From Euglena gracilis (lineage: Eukaryota), in assembly GCA_039621445.1 (NCBI GenBank), contig CP154954.1, positions 9,708,641-9,772,640 on the forward strand: a stretch of DNA of 64,000 bases. The letters run 5' to 3'. The position numbers were made by a program, and so were the translations under genes. The notes under the pieces were generated by a model. That model was not told the origin of the DNA. It did not search any database and saw only the letters and a list, made by a program, of their open reading frames with translations. Positions within the stretch are counted from its first letter, which is position 1, and the number at the start of each line of letters is the position of its first letter. This document shows positions 61,716 to 64,000 of this stretch, piece by piece.

Positions 61716-64000
61716 TGCACCTCCTCCGACACCTTGGCGAAGCTGAACCGTCGTGGCCCCGCCACTCCCCTCTCCCATGTTTGCTTGGTGGCCCCCCCCC
61801 ACTCGATGGGGATGGTTGTCTCTCTTTGTGTTTCTGGGTGGGTGGTTGTGGTTGCTTGGTTCGGGGTCCCCCTTCTGGTTGGGATGTTTTTATTTTTCTG
61901 CTGATTTTTTGGGTGGGGGGTTGGGCTCACCATCTTCTTGTGCTTCGCCCTCTTGGTCCCTTCCTCCCCATTCCTCTTTCGTGGGAGTTCGAGACCATTC
62001 GGGCTCCGCACTGCGAGATGGTGAGGTACTGTGCAGCCCCATTTGGGCCATAATATTTTGAATTTTTTAAACGACACCGAGTCGTAAATATTGAGCTTGG
62101 AAGGCCCCAAAAATTTTCCACTGACCAAATTGCTGGACTTCTTCCACTTGCAAAACAGCATTTTTCCACCATAAAACCCCAGCTCCTCTGGTGCTGAGGG
62201 GTTTCCAGTGCGTGGTGTCCACCCCCCCCTCTTGCAGAATTTCTCTGGTAAGTGAATTCACTCTTTCTGCTGTCAAAGGTCTTTTTCCATCCAAAGACCA
62301 TAACAAATTATTTTTGTGCCCAATCATGTGGGCTGTCCTTTCCACGTACTCTTTCAATAAATGCCAGGGGCTTATGAGGGGGGTGTGTGGCAAATCAAAA
62401 CTTCCTCCCATCTGGGGAATTGCCATCCTTTCCTTTGCAGTGAGATGAAAATTTTTTCTCCACCGAAACTGGTTTTCCCCGGTGTCCTGGCTAAATCAAC
62501 CCCCCTGTGGAGGGCCAACAGCCTCCACAGATGATGAGTCTGTTTCTGAGCTCTTTTACAGATAGGTCTGAGAGGGGTTTGGATTTCCTTATGATGTTTT
62601 CTAAGAAATCAGTGGGGTCCCAAAAATGGGCATACTTGCAGACATTGAAATTCCATTTCCTTTTCAATGGAGACAAAAGAGGGGAAAACCCCAATGACCC
62701 AAACCCTGGGAGTAATAAAGCTGCTGCATATGCATCTCGTGTTGAGGCTGTGAACAGCAAGATCAAGGATGGCCTCAGCCATCCTGTGGACTGTGCAGTC
62801 CTGCAGGGGCACCCCTTTGTGCAACAAATGGCCCACCAATGTCATGAAGGCTGAGTCATATATTTTGACATTTCCTAATTTTTTTATGCAAGTGTCGATA
62901 CTGGACAGCGAAACTTCCTGGGATTGTAATATTTGCCTGACACAATCGAGCAGGCCAAATTCCACCTTGGGGGGCATCTCCTCCCCCCAGCAGTTGGTGA
63001 ACAGACCCCACTGGGGGGGGTACCAGTAAAACCTTGCTGCCTGGCTGCCTGATTGACATTAATTGGCGCCACCAGGATGTCGAAGCCCAGTGGGGTACGA
63101 TCAACAGACAATGCAGGTCTGGGTTTACCATTAAGCGCTGAAACCACTGGGTAATGATGCTCCAGGGGGTGGTTTGGAAAAACCTGGGGGGAGGTCCTTC
63201 AAGTCTGCCCTTAAGGCGTCCACCAGCAAAGCCCCTTGGTGGGGTTATCGACAAACAAACTTGGGGAATTTTTTGTTGATGGGTGTGCAAAAATCCATGT
63301 ACATGTGTCCACATTTGGGGTGATGTCCTTTCTGAAAAATTGAAGAATTTTGTGAAAGATGTTTAGGTTTAGGGTATAATCCCATGGGTCCTTCTGCCAC
63401 CTGGCCAGGGAGTCTGCCAGTTGCTCCTTTGTGGGAAGGCAAACCACCTTCAAATTGATTTGCTTCTCTTGGCAATGATACAGCAGGTGTTTTAAGACAG
63501 AGTTTAGGTACGGCCTTTTTCTTCCCCACTTTGTTAAATACCTCACAGCCACCTGACTGTCGACATGAAGCACAATTGTTTGCTGAGGTTTGGCTGGTGC
63601 TTTACAGTTTCCACTGCCTGCAACTCTTTTTGGTTGATACGAAGGACATGCAGGTCCCTCCAAAAGTCCTGCACCTTTTGGCCTGAATCTTTGTCCAGCC
63701 CCCCCCATTGCCAGGTACTGCTGTCTGAAATGAGTTCCTGAGAAGCCTGGGATTGAAATGACCTGCTGACCACTGGCTGTAAAAATGTTAATTAACTTCC
63801 GAAATTTGATCTTTGACCCCCTGGGGAATGGTCAAGGTGTGGTCCCAACCCCACTTGGTGTGTAAATCCACCATTTTGCAAAGTTGATCTGTCAGAATTC
63901 TGAGAAATGCCATGGAGACTAAATAGCTTCTGACTTGCCCCACAATAGAGCTGAAGTTTCTGCAGCTCATTTTTTGTGCTGTGAGCTCCTTTCTTACGGA
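61716..64000 (-). mobile_element. DIRS/PAT-type retrotransposon copy 2, opposite orientation, runs off the window; RNase H, MT, tyrosine recombinase (frameshifted) and 3' terminal region
   Basis: Closely homologous to 60490-61715; YR motifs WKP(L)STRGAG, FGQW and QYLRL in ORF 62067-62426. Confidence 0.85.

Noticed and set aside
1-64000. tRNA, rRNA, spliced-leader RNA or snRNA genes, or an autonomous DDE transposase
   Set aside because: None recognised by eye; small or spliced ones could be missed without covariance-model and HMM searches.

Overview
Eukaryotic nuclear DNA, very probably from a euglenid (Euglena-like). Short GC3-rich exons are separated by long, repeat-filled introns of three kinds: GT-AG, GC-AG and euglenid 'nonconventional' introns (|RNNCAG...CTGNNNNN|R with base-paired ends). 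Most ORFs in the supplied track are artefacts of microsatellites or GC-rich repeats. Manual splicing supports: (A) a multi-exon + strand gene of unknown function ending near 8.4 kb; (B) an EAF6/MEAF6-like NuA4 subunit gene (+, 10155-~12195) with an apparent frameshift; (C) an Sm/LSm-fold gene (-, ~13597-12676); (D) an OTU-family deubiquitinase gene (+, from 14134) whose catalytic domain is split by nonconventional introns and which probably continues through proline-rich exons to ~56.9 kb; (E) two rearranged, degenerate copies of a DIRS/PAT-type tyrosine-recombinase retrotransposon (Gag, RT, RNase H, N6-adenine methyltransferase, YR) at 58.2-64 kb. The introns carry several MITE families. The main observation is that MITEs with CAG...CTG terminal inverted repeats and 8-bp target-site duplications reproduce exactly the 3+5 nt geometry of the nonconventional introns, and some real introns still keep 6-7 of 8 TSD bases. 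This suggests an intron-generating (introner-like) transposon system. A TTAA-flanked TIR element carrying an intronless PHD-finger ORF between two direct tandem arrays is also unusual. All exon models are hand-derived and need RNA-seq confirmation.
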